From contig CAZDIO010000102.1 of NCBI GenBank assembly GCA_964505555.1, positions 13,355 through 77,354 on the forward strand: a stretch of DNA of 64,000 nucleotides. Direction: 5' to 3'. A program made the position numbers and the translations under genes. The notes under the pieces are model-generated. The model saw nothing but the letters and a program-made list of their open reading frames with translations. It was not told the DNA's origin and ran no database searches. This document shows positions 10,011 to 20,101 of the stretch, in pieces. Numbering within the stretch: the first letter of the stretch is position 1; each line of letters opens with the position of its first letter. The stretch is from an uncultured Bdellovibrionales bacterium. Lineage in GTDB: Bacteria > Bdellovibrionota_C > UBA2361 > SZUA-149 > CAZDIO01.

Positions 10011-11399
10011 ATGAGATACAGCACACGAATAATATTTCTTCTCTTTCTCTGCTACGTCGTGCTTTTTTGGCTCAATGGCTTAGGCTTTCGTCGGAAAGGA
10101 TACGTCCAAGATGATGCTCTTCAACATGTAATGTATGCTTACAATTTAGTTCATCACGGAGTAATCTCAGATGTACAATGCAGTAAGGAACCGGCCCCAG
10201 AAGCATGCAACCGCTCCCCAAGCGCCTATCGTGGTCCAGGCTATCCCTTCTTTCTCGCTCTCAACATTGCATTGAATCCCAAACTGCGCGCGCTTGACGA
10301 ACAACAGATTGTAAAACCTGAATTCCTTAATCCCCTTAGAAACAGTGAACTGTTGCTTCTCTGGCTCACTTCGATTTTCATTTATAAAATTGTATTTATT
10401 TTGACACAAAGAAGATTTCCCGCATTTGTTGCGCTCCTGAGCGTTGGTTTTAATCCGATTCTCCTAGACTATCAGAATGAATTTTATTCGGAAAATTTCG
10501 GCGCCCTTTTGGTTACAATCCTTTCTTACGCACTGCTCATGGCATACAGAAGTGGCCGATATAGATATTATGGATTGAGTGGATTTCTTACCGGTTGTTT
10601 GACATTAACGATCCCCATTTTTTACTACCTCCCATGGCTTTTTATAATCGTTTCCTTTGGTTTATCTCGAAGCAAAAAGATTCATTATCAACAATGGCTG
10701 AAAACTTCAGGGATATTTTTGATTTGTTTCGCGGGTGTTGTGCTTCCTTGGATGGTGCGTAACTACCTCCATTTTGATCGGTTCTACATTACAGAGCGTG
10801 CTGGAGCGATGCTCAACGTTCGTGCGGAGAAAGATCTCATGAATAAAAAAGAGTTTTTTGCGGCGTTTTGTTATTGGAGCAACTGTTCTTTTTTACAGAG
10901 TTTAAGAAAACCATTTGAGAATGATCCCGCATTTCATCGCCTTATTCGCGGCAATCCAGATAGTTTCTATCGAACCGGAAGAGTTCGCCGATTGGAACTA
11001 AACCGTGAGCATGGTCCGGTGGTGGCAGACAAACTATTACTTCGAGAAGCAGTAGAAAAAATTACTTCGCATCCATTTCGACATCTTGCAGTAACCCTCC
11101 CGGTGATGTTTCGTGGCATGGGAATGCAAAGCTGTGGACTAGATTTTATTCTTTTTGGAAGCACATTACTGTTGTTCCTTGCTTCAATTGCGAAACGTGA
11201 TGGACAACTTTTTATTCTCTTATTACCAACCGCTTACTGCTATGCTTTTTATAGCTTGGTAACTTACCATCTCCCACGGTACAGCCTACCACTTTTGCCA
11301 ATGTTTTGGGTCGCCACAATTGTGGCTCTTTATCGTCTGACAAAGAGAATGGAAACTAACAAAGACGATATGTTCCAAAGCTCTCTTACCAACACTTAG
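10011..11399 (+). CDS. Polytopic membrane protein, GT-C-fold (ArnT/PMT-like) glycosyltransferase candidate
   Basis: 462 aa, multi-TM with a periplasmic-loop-rich architecture. No certain motif. Confidence 0.35.
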   Translation: MRYSTRIIFLLFLCYVVLFWLNGLGFRRKGYVQDDALQHVMYAYNLVHHGVISDVQCSKEPAPEACNRSPSAYRGPGYPFFLALNIALNPKLRALDEQQIVKPEFLNPLRNSELLLLWLTSIFIYKIVFILTQRRFPAFVALLSVGFNPILLDYQNEFYSENFGALLVTILSYALLMAYRSGRYRYYGLSGFLTGCLTLTIPIFYYLPWLFIIVSFGLSRSKKIHYQQWLKTSGIFLICFAGVVLPWMVRNYLHFDRFYITERAGAMLNVRAEKDLMNKKEFFAAFCYWSNCSFLQSLRKPFENDPAFHRLIRGNPDSFYRTGRVRRLELNREHGPVVADKLLLREAVEKITSHPFRHLAVTLPVMFRGMGMQSCGLDFILFGSTLLLFLASIAKRDGQLFILLLPTAYCYAFYSLVTYHLPRYSLPLLPMFWVATIVALYRLTKRMETNKDDMFQSSLTNT

Positions 11400-11438
11400 T
11401 ACATGACCACAATTCGTTATGGGTAACGAAAATGAATG

Positions 11439-12557
11439 CTATTGTTCCTTGGATACGGTGCGTGGAAAAGGACTTTGATGCAAGGAATCACTCCCGGGCG
11501 CCCCTGGAGATGAGTCTCCAAATGTCACCGTTCTTCCCAGCTTACGAGATTCGCTCGCAGCTTCCAAGAGCGAAACAACGTCAACACCAGAATTACCATC
11601 CGTAAGTGGGTTTTCATTGTTCACAATACAATGAATGAAATGCTCTGCTTCAACCTGAAGCGGCTCTCGAAATGAAAGTTTCGGAATGACAATATCTCCT
11701 GCTCGTTGAATCAGCGCAAACTGATCATAAGAGTGAAATGGTCTTGCACCCCAAGTATCTTTTACACTTTTTCGCTCAACTCCTTTGTCAAAAACAGTGA
11801 TTTTTTGATCTAGAGAGGTATCATCATAAATCACCATCTTTTTGCTTCCAACGAGTACCCCCTTTCGGGTCTTACTCGGGTCAAGCCAACTTACGTGGAT
11901 GTTGGCAAACTTTCCGCTCGGGAAGCGAAGACTTACGAAGGAGATATCGTCAATATCCTGTTGCAGGTAAGACATCCCGGTTGCGATTACTTCCGTGGGC
12001 TGCTCACCAAACCAGTAGAGCACAATAGAAAGATCATGTGGCGCTAAATTCCATAGCGCATCGACATCTTGCCTTACCTGACCCAAAGCCAAACGCTGCA
12101 TATACACGTAATAAATCTGGCCAAGCTCACCGTCATCAATAAACTTTTTAACCCACCGCACGGCATCGTTGTAAAGGAAGGTGTGTCCCACAGCGAGCTT
12201 AACGTTTTGAAGCTGTGCAAGCTCAACGAGTTCTTTGGCTTCTATTACGGTCGTAGCAAGTGGCTTCTCAACAAAAACATGCTTTCCTCGAAGGATCGCT
12301 GCTTTTGCCTGCCGATAATGTTCCTTTGCAGGACTAGCGATGATTACCGCCTCAATTTCTGATCGGGACAGAAGATCATCCAAAGAACGATCGATATATC
12401 GAACTCGTGGATATTTCTTCTCTATTTCTCTATGTTGCTCCTCTCGCGGCTCACAACAAGCAATAAGATCGCATCCTTCAAGAGAGGAAAAACAGCGCAG
12501 GAGGTTTGCACCCCAGTATCCATAGCCGATCAGTGCGCAATTTATTGTTCGTGACAC
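11439..12557 (-). CDS. Gfo/Idh/MocA-family NAD(P)-dependent oxidoreductase (sugar-nucleotide dehydrogenase-like)
   Basis: 372 aa. N-terminal Rossmann IGYGYWGANLLRCF plus the EKP motif (VFVEKPLAT). Confidence 0.8.
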   Translation of the reverse strand: MSRTINCALIGYGYWGANLLRCFSSLEGCDLIACCEPREEQHREIEKKYPRVRYIDRSLDDLLSRSEIEAVIIASPAKEHYRQAKAAILRGKHVFVEKPLATTVIEAKELVELAQLQNVKLAVGHTFLYNDAVRWVKKFIDDGELGQIYYVYMQRLALGQVRQDVDALWNLAPHDLSIVLYWFGEQPTEVIATGMSYLQQDIDDISFVSLRFPSGKFANIHVSWLDPSKTRKGVLVGSKKMVIYDDTSLDQKITVFDKGVERKSVKDTWGARPFHSYDQFALIQRAGDIVIPKLSFREPLQVEAEHFIHCIVNNENPLTDGNSGVDVVSLLEAASESRKLGRTVTFGDSSPGAPGSDSLHQSPFPRTVSKEQ

Positions 12558-12752
12558 CGAGTAATCCTTCTTCTGTAATCGCCTTTATTTGCAATCAGTT
12601 ATACGCGCTGGCTGGAGAAAAGAATACGCACCCAATAAATAAACCATCCCCACTAATTCTCACAGTAGACTTGTAATATTACTGGTGCTTGGATAATGTC
12701 AAGGCGAGCTTCAGTAGCCTTGAGATAAGGTGAATTTCGAGTAAAAAAATCG

Positions 12753-13727
12753 ATGCAACTAACGGGAAAAACAGTTCTTGTAACTGGTGGTGCAGGATTC
12801 ATTGGCAGTCATATCGTTGATGAATGCCTAAAGCGTGATGCAAAAAAAGTCATTGTGCTTGATAATTTTGTAATCGGCCACAATACCAATATTACCCATC
12901 TTGAGAATAATACTCGGGTGAAAATTGAAGCTGGGGATGTAAGAGATTTTGACTCTGTTTCTCCTCTTGTTCGCTCAGCTGACATTGTCTTTCATGAAGC
13001 AGCTTCCAAGCTTGTTGTTTCACGCACCCGACCTCGAATTGATCTGGAAACAAATGTAATCGGCACTTTCAATGTGCTTGAAGCCGCGCGGGGAAATAAT
13101 ACACTTATTGTTCACGCTTCTACAGGCTCTGTCCTAGGAAGCGGAGATGATGCAATGAAGGAGCAACACCCTCATAACCCAAGCACCCTTTATGGAATCA
13201 GTAAAAGCACAGCAGAACGGTACTGCCAATTCTATGCGCGCGAATTTGGGGTTCGAGTAGGAATCCTTCGTTACTTTCACGTTTTTGGCCCAAGACAAGA
13301 CTTCGATGGGGAGGCAGGCGTGGTAAGTATCTTTCTTGGTCGTGTACTTCGTAAAGAACCTCCAATTATCTTTGGAACTGGAGAGCAGATTAGATGCCTT
13401 ACTTTTGTAAAAGATGACGTGCAGGCTAATTTTTTACTGCTCAATGAACTTGCGAAAGGAAATTACCTTGGAGAAGTTTTTAATGTTGCCTCAAAAACAC
13501 GCATCGAAGTTGGTGAATTGGCCAAGATGATTATTAGCAAATATGGCCCGGTAAATATGAAACCACAATATGGTCCCTCTCGTCCGGGAGAAAATCTTCG
13601 TCCGATTCCAGATACAGCGAAGATTGAGAGCTTAGGTTTTCGTGAATCCGTAACTTTTGAGCAAGGGTTAGAACACACAAAACAGTGGGTAGAACAAAAA
13701 CTTCATCGGCCTACAGGTTCTTCATGA
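12753..13727 (+). CDS. NAD-dependent epimerase/dehydratase (extended SDR), sugar-nucleotide modifying
   Basis: 324 aa. VLVTGGAGFIGSH Rossmann motif and YxxxK (YGISKSTAE). Confidence 0.85.
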   Translation: MQLTGKTVLVTGGAGFIGSHIVDECLKRDAKKVIVLDNFVIGHNTNITHLENNTRVKIEAGDVRDFDSVSPLVRSADIVFHEAASKLVVSRTRPRIDLETNVIGTFNVLEAARGNNTLIVHASTGSVLGSGDDAMKEQHPHNPSTLYGISKSTAERYCQFYAREFGVRVGILRYFHVFGPRQDFDGEAGVVSIFLGRVLRKEPPIIFGTGEQIRCLTFVKDDVQANFLLLNELAKGNYLGEVFNVASKTRIEVGELAKMIISKYGPVNMKPQYGPSRPGENLRPIPDTAKIESLGFRESVTFEQGLEHTKQWVEQKLHRPTGSS

Positions 13728-14803
13728 AGAAGCTCAGTTGGCTACAGCTCGTTGGCGTAGTCATTATCGCGCGAATTATTTACAAGCTTGATTTTCAGCA
13801 ATTCTTATCTGTTTTTTCAAATGTTGATTTTCAAGCTCTTACTCTCTCCGCAATATGTTTACTGATTTTTGGTCTCAGTAAAAGTATTCGGTGGTATTCT
13901 TTTTTGCGAATACAAAAATTGCCGCTCCGATTGTTTCAAACGATTAACATCTATCTTATCGGCCAGCTATTTTCTCTTGTAACACCAGCAAAGCTTGGTG
14001 AATTTATCAAGGTTTTCTATGTTGAAAAAGAAACGCCAGTAAATCATTCGCAGGCACTTTCTAGTGTTGTTGCGGATCGTTTATGTGACTTACTCATGCT
14101 TTTTAGTATCGCAATCATTTGTATTCAAGAGAACTTCCTTCCAAAACCATACCAAACCCCGTGCGAGATTGTTAGCGGCCTACTTCTCCTTTCCCTCCTC
14201 CTTCTTCTTCACCGCCGTTCTGCCCTTGTACTGTACGACCTGATTAAGCGCTTGCCGTTTATTGGTTCATATTTCGCAATCAGCCGTAAATTTTTTTCTG
14301 ATTTCTATAATAGCTTCTCACAGTTTAAGTGTAGGATGGTAATCATTCCGATCGCCTTAACTTTTTCAGCTTATCTTTTTCTTTTCTTTCACGCATATTA
14401 CCTTGCTCAAGCCTTACGGATTGATATGACATTGAAAGAAACTGTTTTCTGTATCACGATTTCAAATATCGCAGCACTTCTTCCTATTTCAGTAGGAGGA
14501 TTAGGGCCACGAGAGCAAGCAATGAAGGAGTTTTTCACACGTGTACTTCCTCGGGGAAATACTCTCTCTACAGAAGCACTCTCGTATTTGAGCGCATCTG
14601 CTGTCGGCTTCTCACTTGCTTTTTATGGAATGTTTTTGCTCACTGCTGGTGTTTTTGGGTATATTGCATGGCTGCGAAATCCGGTAAGTTTGTCAAGCGT
14701 ACAACGCCTTGCTGACGAGATTCGATTACAAACAACAAAGCATCGACGAGAAGAAGTTTCTCTTGTGGAAGTAGGTGAGGTTAACGAGGCATGCCACCAA
14801 TAA
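13724..14803 (+). CDS. Flippase-like / LPG-synthase-TM (UPF0104) family membrane protein
   Basis: About 8 TM. Start chosen at MKKLSW (ATGA overlap with epimerase stop). The longer ORF from 13685 is less likely. Confidence 0.45.
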   Translation: MKKLSWLQLVGVVIIARIIYKLDFQQFLSVFSNVDFQALTLSAICLLIFGLSKSIRWYSFLRIQKLPLRLFQTINIYLIGQLFSLVTPAKLGEFIKVFYVEKETPVNHSQALSSVVADRLCDLLMLFSIAIICIQENFLPKPYQTPCEIVSGLLLLSLLLLLHRRSALVLYDLIKRLPFIGSYFAISRKFFSDFYNSFSQFKCRMVIIPIALTFSAYLFLFFHAYYLAQALRIDMTLKETVFCITISNIAALLPISVGGLGPREQAMKEFFTRVLPRGNTLSTEALSYLSASAVGFSLAFYGMFLLTAGVFGYIAWLRNPVSLSSVQRLADEIRLQTTKHRREEVSLVEVGEVNEACHQ

Positions 14804-15564
14804 ATTCTCAAGCTGCGGCAGTTGCATCTCCCGAATTGAACGCTCAAGCTCGACCGCGAGTCGCAGTCATTATTCCTGTCTATAATGAAGAAAAAGTTAT
14901 CGGACGAGTTCTTGATGCCATTCCACGAGAACATGTTGATGTGGTGATCGTGGTTGATGATGGTTCAACTGATTCGACCCCAACTGAATTAGAAAAAAGA
15001 GATGTTCAGGTCATCCGTCACGAGAAACAACTCTTTATCGGGGCGGCTATTCGAGATGGACTTCGGAAGGCAAAAGAGCTGGGAATAGACATTGTGTGCG
15101 TTTTTGCCGGGAACGGAAAGGACGATCCTCAAGAATTACCATTATTACTTCGACCGATCATCGAACAAGGTTATGATTTTGTCCAAGGCTCTCGCTATCT
15201 TCCGGGTGGGCGATCCGGAAAAATGCCTCGTCATCGTCGGATCGTAACAAAGGTTTACCCACTTCTTGTGAGATTTTTCACCGGAGTCAAGATTACTGAT
15301 GGAACTAATGGATTTCGGGCTTATCGCTTACAACTCCTTGATGATCCGGAGATAGATCTCGATCAGCCATGGCTCAGTGAGTGCCTAGAGTATTATTTTT
15401 CACTCAGAGTGTTTCAGCAAGGGTATTCAGTGACCGAAGTCCCTGTTTCAAAAATCTATCCTGATACTGCTGTGTATAGTGAGTATACAAAAGTTCGTCC
15501 CGGAATTGGATGGCTCAATCGCCTTAAACCACTTTTTTTTCTTGGTTTCCGCCTGAGAAAGTAA
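14791..15564 (+). CDS. Glycosyltransferase family 2 (polyprenyl-phosphate glycosyltransferase, DPM1/GtrB-like)
   Basis: 257 aa. VAVIIPVYNEE...VVDDGSTDST and the DGTNGFRAY motif of GT2 Dpm1-like enzymes. Confidence 0.85.
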   Translation: MPPINSQAAAVASPELNAQARPRVAVIIPVYNEEKVIGRVLDAIPREHVDVVIVVDDGSTDSTPTELEKRDVQVIRHEKQLFIGAAIRDGLRKAKELGIDIVCVFAGNGKDDPQELPLLLRPIIEQGYDFVQGSRYLPGGRSGKMPRHRRIVTKVYPLLVRFFTGVKITDGTNGFRAYRLQLLDDPEIDLDQPWLSECLEYYFSLRVFQQGYSVTEVPVSKIYPDTAVYSEYTKVRPGIGWLNRLKPLFFLGFRLRK

Positions 15565-16825
15565 GCTCGCCTCGAATATCTTCGCGAAGGCTGATGAGAA
15601 AAATAACGGCGGCACCAACAAAAAAGACTGCACTTCCAGCCAGCGTTGCATATGCTGCTCCCTCCGTGGAAGTTTCAGGGATAAGGAGCAGTCCGATAGA
15701 AACGTTTATGATCAGCGATATTCCTGCAAGAACTCCTTGTATTCGAAGACGCCTCATGATGGTAATTGCTGCGTTGAGATATCCATAGAGATACATCATT
15801 GCAGCAGCAACCATGAAGATTCCGAGAATCTTTCCTGAGTGTGCAAGATCTTTTCCATAAATGAGCGACAATAGCTGATCCCCATAGGCAAAGCTGATTA
15901 CAATACCAACCGCACCGATACTGAGTGCAAATAATAACAACCCCCTTAGAAAAAATATGAACCGCTTTCGAGAAGCATGATACGTTTGAGCAAGCGGAGT
16001 AAGTGCCGATGCAGTTAACGCCTCACAGAGCGTCACGCCGATGTACATAAAGTAGCTCACCGCCGTATAGATTCCAAGCGAACCAAGACCTTGCAAACGC
16101 TCTAATAAATATCGAGGAGCATTCGTGTTAAGAGAAACCAGAAGTCGTCTTGCACCCAGAGGCGAGGCTTTTTTTGCAAGTAAAAAGAGCTGTTGATATC
16201 TAATTGGCTGAGCAAGTTCTCTCCATGAAAGATTTTCAGCAAGAAACGTGCGCGCACGTTTTGAAATGAAATACAGCACGATTCCACGCGAAAGAATGAG
16301 AAAAAACAACGCTGATATTAAATCACTAAAAAAATACATCCCAATCAAAATAGAAAGAACACTGAGTACTCCATTGATGATTTGAAACTTCGCAACTTCT
16401 CCTAAGCGTTCCTTGCGCTGAAAAAGTGCTTCGACCATATCGTGGAAGGAATCAACAACCTTTACCAAAGCAACAAGAAGTATCACCTGCCACTGCTCCA
16501 CATCTTTGGTGTAAGTAAAACCAACACCCATAATGACAATAAAGCAGATGATCGAGGTAAAGAAGCGGAGATGAAAATACGTACACGGTTCATTGTCACG
16601 ATTAATATCCGTAACCAGTAAATCCCGGGCACTAAAATTAAAAAATGCAAAAAATGGTGCGCTCAATGCAAGTGCGAGCCCAAAAAGGCCCACCATTTCT
16701 ACATCCCCTAACCACATCAGAATAACCAATATCATCCACTGCGAAAACGAGTAGAATACGTTTCCGATGAGCATCCAGACAAAATTTGACCCGATGCGGC
16801 TTTGTAGAGAAAACCACCTAACCAT
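15524..16825 (-). CDS. Polysaccharide biosynthesis protein / Wzx-type flippase (MOP superfamily)
   Basis: 433 aa, 12–14 TM. N-terminal pattern (NFVWMLIGNVFYSFSQWMILVILMWL) typical of PF01943. Confidence 0.7.
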   Translation of the reverse strand: MVRWFSLQSRIGSNFVWMLIGNVFYSFSQWMILVILMWLGDVEMVGLFGLALALSAPFFAFFNFSARDLLVTDINRDNEPCTYFHLRFFTSIICFIVIMGVGFTYTKDVEQWQVILLVALVKVVDSFHDMVEALFQRKERLGEVAKFQIINGVLSVLSILIGMYFFSDLISALFFLILSRGIVLYFISKRARTFLAENLSWRELAQPIRYQQLFLLAKKASPLGARRLLVSLNTNAPRYLLERLQGLGSLGIYTAVSYFMYIGVTLCEALTASALTPLAQTYHASRKRFIFFLRGLLLFALSIGAVGIVISFAYGDQLLSLIYGKDLAHSGKILGIFMVAAAMMYLYGYLNAAITIMRRLRIQGVLAGISLIINVSIGLLLIPETSTEGAAYATLAGSAVFFVGAAVIFLISLREDIRGELTFSGGNQEKKVV

Positions 16826-17014
16826 GAATTGTAAAGCCTCAGCTTTTTAAGTAGGAGCAGAACTCATATCACACGTCATTTGGCAGTGTCTATTATAGCT
16901 AGCAGGCGGACAGACCGTGGTTGTATTTTGGCACGCAAGAAGGTATTGAGAACGGTGTTATTTTTGTAGGTACATCAAATAATAACTAGCTCTTAAAGTG
17001 AAGGAAAATAGATC

Positions 17015-18118
17015 ATGAGCGGAGTCCCTTTTGCAGATCTCAGTAGACAGCATTCGTCGATGAAATCAGAGCTCCAAACTGCCTTTGATCGAGTTGTCGG
17101 TAAAGGTGATTTTATTCTTGGTGCAGAAGTAAAACATTTTGAAGAGGAGTGGGCAAACTTTACCGGCGCAAAAGCTGCTATCGGTTGCTCGAATGGAACA
17201 GATTCTCTCGTGCTGATCTTACTCGCATTAGGTATTGGTCCTGGTGATGAAGTCATCACTGTTTCACATACATTCTTTGCAACTGTTGAAGCAATTCAAA
17301 GCGTGGGTGCAACCCCTATTTTGGTTGACATTCTTCCACGCAATGGGTTGATGGATCCTCAATTAATTGAACCCGCTATTACTCCTCGGACAAAGGCGAT
17401 TATTCCAGTTCACCTCTATGGTCAGCCGGTTGAACTGGATGAGATTCTTGCAGTTTCAGAGAAGTATAATCTTTACTGTATCCAAGATGCCGCTCAAGCG
17501 CATGGTGCTCTCTATAAGAAAAAGCCACTTGCCAATTATGGTATCGCTTCATCATACAGTTTCTACCCGGGCAAAAATCTCGGCGCTCTTGGAGACGCAG
17601 GCGCTGTAGTCACTAATGATTTAGAACTTGCAAAGAGAATGAGATCGTTACGTGATCATGGGCGAAGCGAAAAATACAGTCACAATGAATTTGGCTGGAA
17701 TATGCGCATGGATGGTTTACAAGCGGCATTTCTATCTGCAAAACTCCCTAAGCTTTCCGGCTGGAACGATGATCGAAAGAAAGTTGCTGCAATGTACCTA
17801 GAAAGCTTGCGCGAACTACCAGGCCTTACCTTTCTGGAAATTTCTCGCCATGTCGATCACGTTTTTCATCTTTTTGTAGTTTGCCATGAACAACGAGACG
17901 ACCTCCAAAGGAAATTAAAAGCTGAAGGAGTCGCAACAGGAATTCACTACCCGTTAGGATGTCACCAACAAACTGCTTGGAAAAACCGCTACGGCGAGAT
18001 GAATCTTCCGCATACAGAGAAACTTGCCCGTACCTGTCTCTCGCTGCCGATCTTTGGAGAGATGAGGGAAGAGGAGGCAATGATGGTTGTCTCTGCACTT
18101 CGTCGCGTGCTTAGCTAA
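17015..18118 (+). CDS. DegT/DnrJ/EryC1/StrS-family sugar aminotransferase
   Basis: 367 aa. GCSNGTDSLVLIL, DEVITVSHTFFAT, IQDAAQAHGA and SFYPGKNLGALGDAGAV (PLP Lys). Confidence 0.85.
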   Translation: MSGVPFADLSRQHSSMKSELQTAFDRVVGKGDFILGAEVKHFEEEWANFTGAKAAIGCSNGTDSLVLILLALGIGPGDEVITVSHTFFATVEAIQSVGATPILVDILPRNGLMDPQLIEPAITPRTKAIIPVHLYGQPVELDEILAVSEKYNLYCIQDAAQAHGALYKKKPLANYGIASSYSFYPGKNLGALGDAGAVVTNDLELAKRMRSLRDHGRSEKYSHNEFGWNMRMDGLQAAFLSAKLPKLSGWNDDRKKVAAMYLESLRELPGLTFLEISRHVDHVFHLFVVCHEQRDDLQRKLKAEGVATGIHYPLGCHQQTAWKNRYGEMNLPHTEKLARTCLSLPIFGEMREEEAMMVVSALRRVLS

Positions 18119-18156
18119 TTTTAAGAAGCATGCGTATCGTTTCGAGCAAAGAACGA

Positions 18157-18801
18157 TCACTTTCGTCCGAGGTGTATCGGACCTGAAGGTGAGGGAGAAA
18201 GAAGCACACAGCTTGTTTGATCAAGTGCATATTTAAGATCGCATCGGGGACAACTTACTTCGATCTTCACTGAAAAATCCTTCATCGCTCCAAGTTTTTC
18301 ACCGCATTCGCATATCCATCCAACCTGCTTTGCTGGAACACCAAGCATAAAAGCATAGTCGGGAACGTTTTTTGTTATAACTGCGCCAGCGGCAACAAAA
18401 GCGTGTTTCCCAATGGTGCGGCCACATACGACAGTGGCATTAGCACCGATCGAAGCACCTTCCCTAACGAGAGTCTTTTTATAAAATTCAGCTCCTCGTT
18501 GGGGATACTTAGAGCGGGGATCTAAAACGTTGGTAAACACCATCGAGGGGCCACAGAAGACAAAATCTTCAAGTTCAACCCCTTCGTACACAGAAACGTT
18601 GTTTTGAATTTTTACATAATTTCCAATTTTTACACCCTCTCCCACAACAACATTTTGCCCAAGAGAGCAATGAGCACCGATACTTGCATTTTTTTGCAGA
18701 TGACTAAAATACCAGATCTTTGTCCCCTCTCCAATGGTAACATCTTCATCGATAATGCTTGAGGAATGAACAAAATATGATTTCTTCTCTGCCACGTTCA
18801 T
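18157..18801 (-). CDS. Hexapeptide-repeat (left-handed beta-helix) sugar N-acetyltransferase with C-terminal Cys4 tail
   Basis: 214 aa. Repeated [LIV]G.... hexapeptides (IGAHCSLGQNVVVGEGVKIGNYVKIQNNVSV). The C-terminus CECGEK...CPRCD resembles a zinc ribbon. Confidence 0.8.
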   Translation of the reverse strand: MNVAEKKSYFVHSSSIIDEDVTIGEGTKIWYFSHLQKNASIGAHCSLGQNVVVGEGVKIGNYVKIQNNVSVYEGVELEDFVFCGPSMVFTNVLDPRSKYPQRGAEFYKKTLVREGASIGANATVVCGRTIGKHAFVAAGAVITKNVPDYAFMLGVPAKQVGWICECGEKLGAMKDFSVKIEVSCPRCDLKYALDQTSCVLLSPSPSGPIHLGRK

Positions 18802-18825
18802 AACTATTCTCTCTGCTCTCTGAGT

Positions 18826-19965
18826 TTACTGATAGAAACTTTGTAACGTTTCAACTACATATTGTTGCATCTCGGTAGTAAGCTCCGGATATATCGGCAA
18901 GGCAAGTGAGTGCGCCGCTGCAAACTCGCTCTGTGGAAAATCTCCCTTTTTATAGCCGAGTGAGGAAAAACACTCTTGAAGGTGAAATGGGACTGGATAA
19001 TAAATCTCAGTTCCAACGTTATGGGCAGTAAGAAACGCCCGTAACTCGTCTCGTTTTTCACCTACAGAGATAACGTATTGGTTATAGATATGGTACTCAC
19101 GTTGATAGGCGATGGGCGGTTTCTTGATCTGTTCAACCTGAATATGTTGGTCATAAAAGGCGGCATTATTTTGCCTCATTTCATGCCACCTACTGAGGTG
19201 CCCAAACTTTACTAACAAGACCGCTGCCTGCAGGGTATCAAGACGAAAATTTCCGCCAATGAGCGAATGATAATATTTTGGGTTTGCACCATGGTTACGA
19301 AGAGAAGTAATTTTTTCTGCAAAAGCTTTATCATTTGTTACCACCATCCCACCATCACCCATCGCACCTAAGTTTTTACTAGGAAAAAACGATAGGCATC
19401 CCGCAAGGCCGATGCTCCCCGCTTTTTTCACTCCGTGTTTTGATGGATAACGTGCTCCAATTGCCTGTGCAGAATCTTCAATAATAGGAATACCGTAAAG
19501 TTCCCCTACCTCCTTTATTGGATCCATATCCGCACACTGTCCATAAAGATGAACAGGAATAATTGCTTTGATCTTACCTTTTTTGTCTGAGTGCTCGAGA
19601 AACGTTGCTAATGCTCTCGGGCAAATATTATAGGTCAGCGGATCAATATCGACAAAAAGAGGTGTGGCACGAAGCCTTGCAACAACACCTGCGGTCGCAA
19701 AAAAAGAATACGGTGAGGTAATAACGAACTCTCCGGGTTCGAGATCAAGTGCCATCAGCGAAACCAACAAGGCATCAGTCCCCGAAGAAACCGCTATTCC
19801 AAACTGTGAATCACAGTAGGTAGAGATAGTTCTTTCGAGCTTTCCTATCTCTGGTCCCATTATATAGGCAGTAGAATTGATTACTGCCTCGATCGCCGGG
19901 TTTAGTTCAGGACGAATGGACTCAAGTTGAGCTTGGAGATCAAGAAGTGGTACCTTCAATGGCAT
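18826..19965 (-). CDS. DegT/DnrJ/EryC1/StrS-family sugar aminotransferase
   Basis: 379 aa. SGTDALLVSLMAL, IEDSAQAIGA and SFFPSKNLGAMGDGGMV. Confidence 0.85.
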   Translation of the reverse strand: MPLKVPLLDLQAQLESIRPELNPAIEAVINSTAYIMGPEIGKLERTISTYCDSQFGIAVSSGTDALLVSLMALDLEPGEFVITSPYSFFATAGVVARLRATPLFVDIDPLTYNICPRALATFLEHSDKKGKIKAIIPVHLYGQCADMDPIKEVGELYGIPIIEDSAQAIGARYPSKHGVKKAGSIGLAGCLSFFPSKNLGAMGDGGMVVTNDKAFAEKITSLRNHGANPKYYHSLIGGNFRLDTLQAAVLLVKFGHLSRWHEMRQNNAAFYDQHIQVEQIKKPPIAYQREYHIYNQYVISVGEKRDELRAFLTAHNVGTEIYYPVPFHLQECFSSLGYKKGDFPQSEFAAAHSLALPIYPELTTEMQQYVVETLQSFYQ

Positions 19966-20101
19966 TCCTTATTTCACGGTGTAGTATAGTATCGTGTATC
20001 TGAATTTTCCAGCGTATCTAATTTGCCGGTGCTTAATATTGATCTTCGAGACAAAAAAGTAAAGGCACTAAAAACCCCGGATTTCACGATCGGTCTTTAA
20101 A

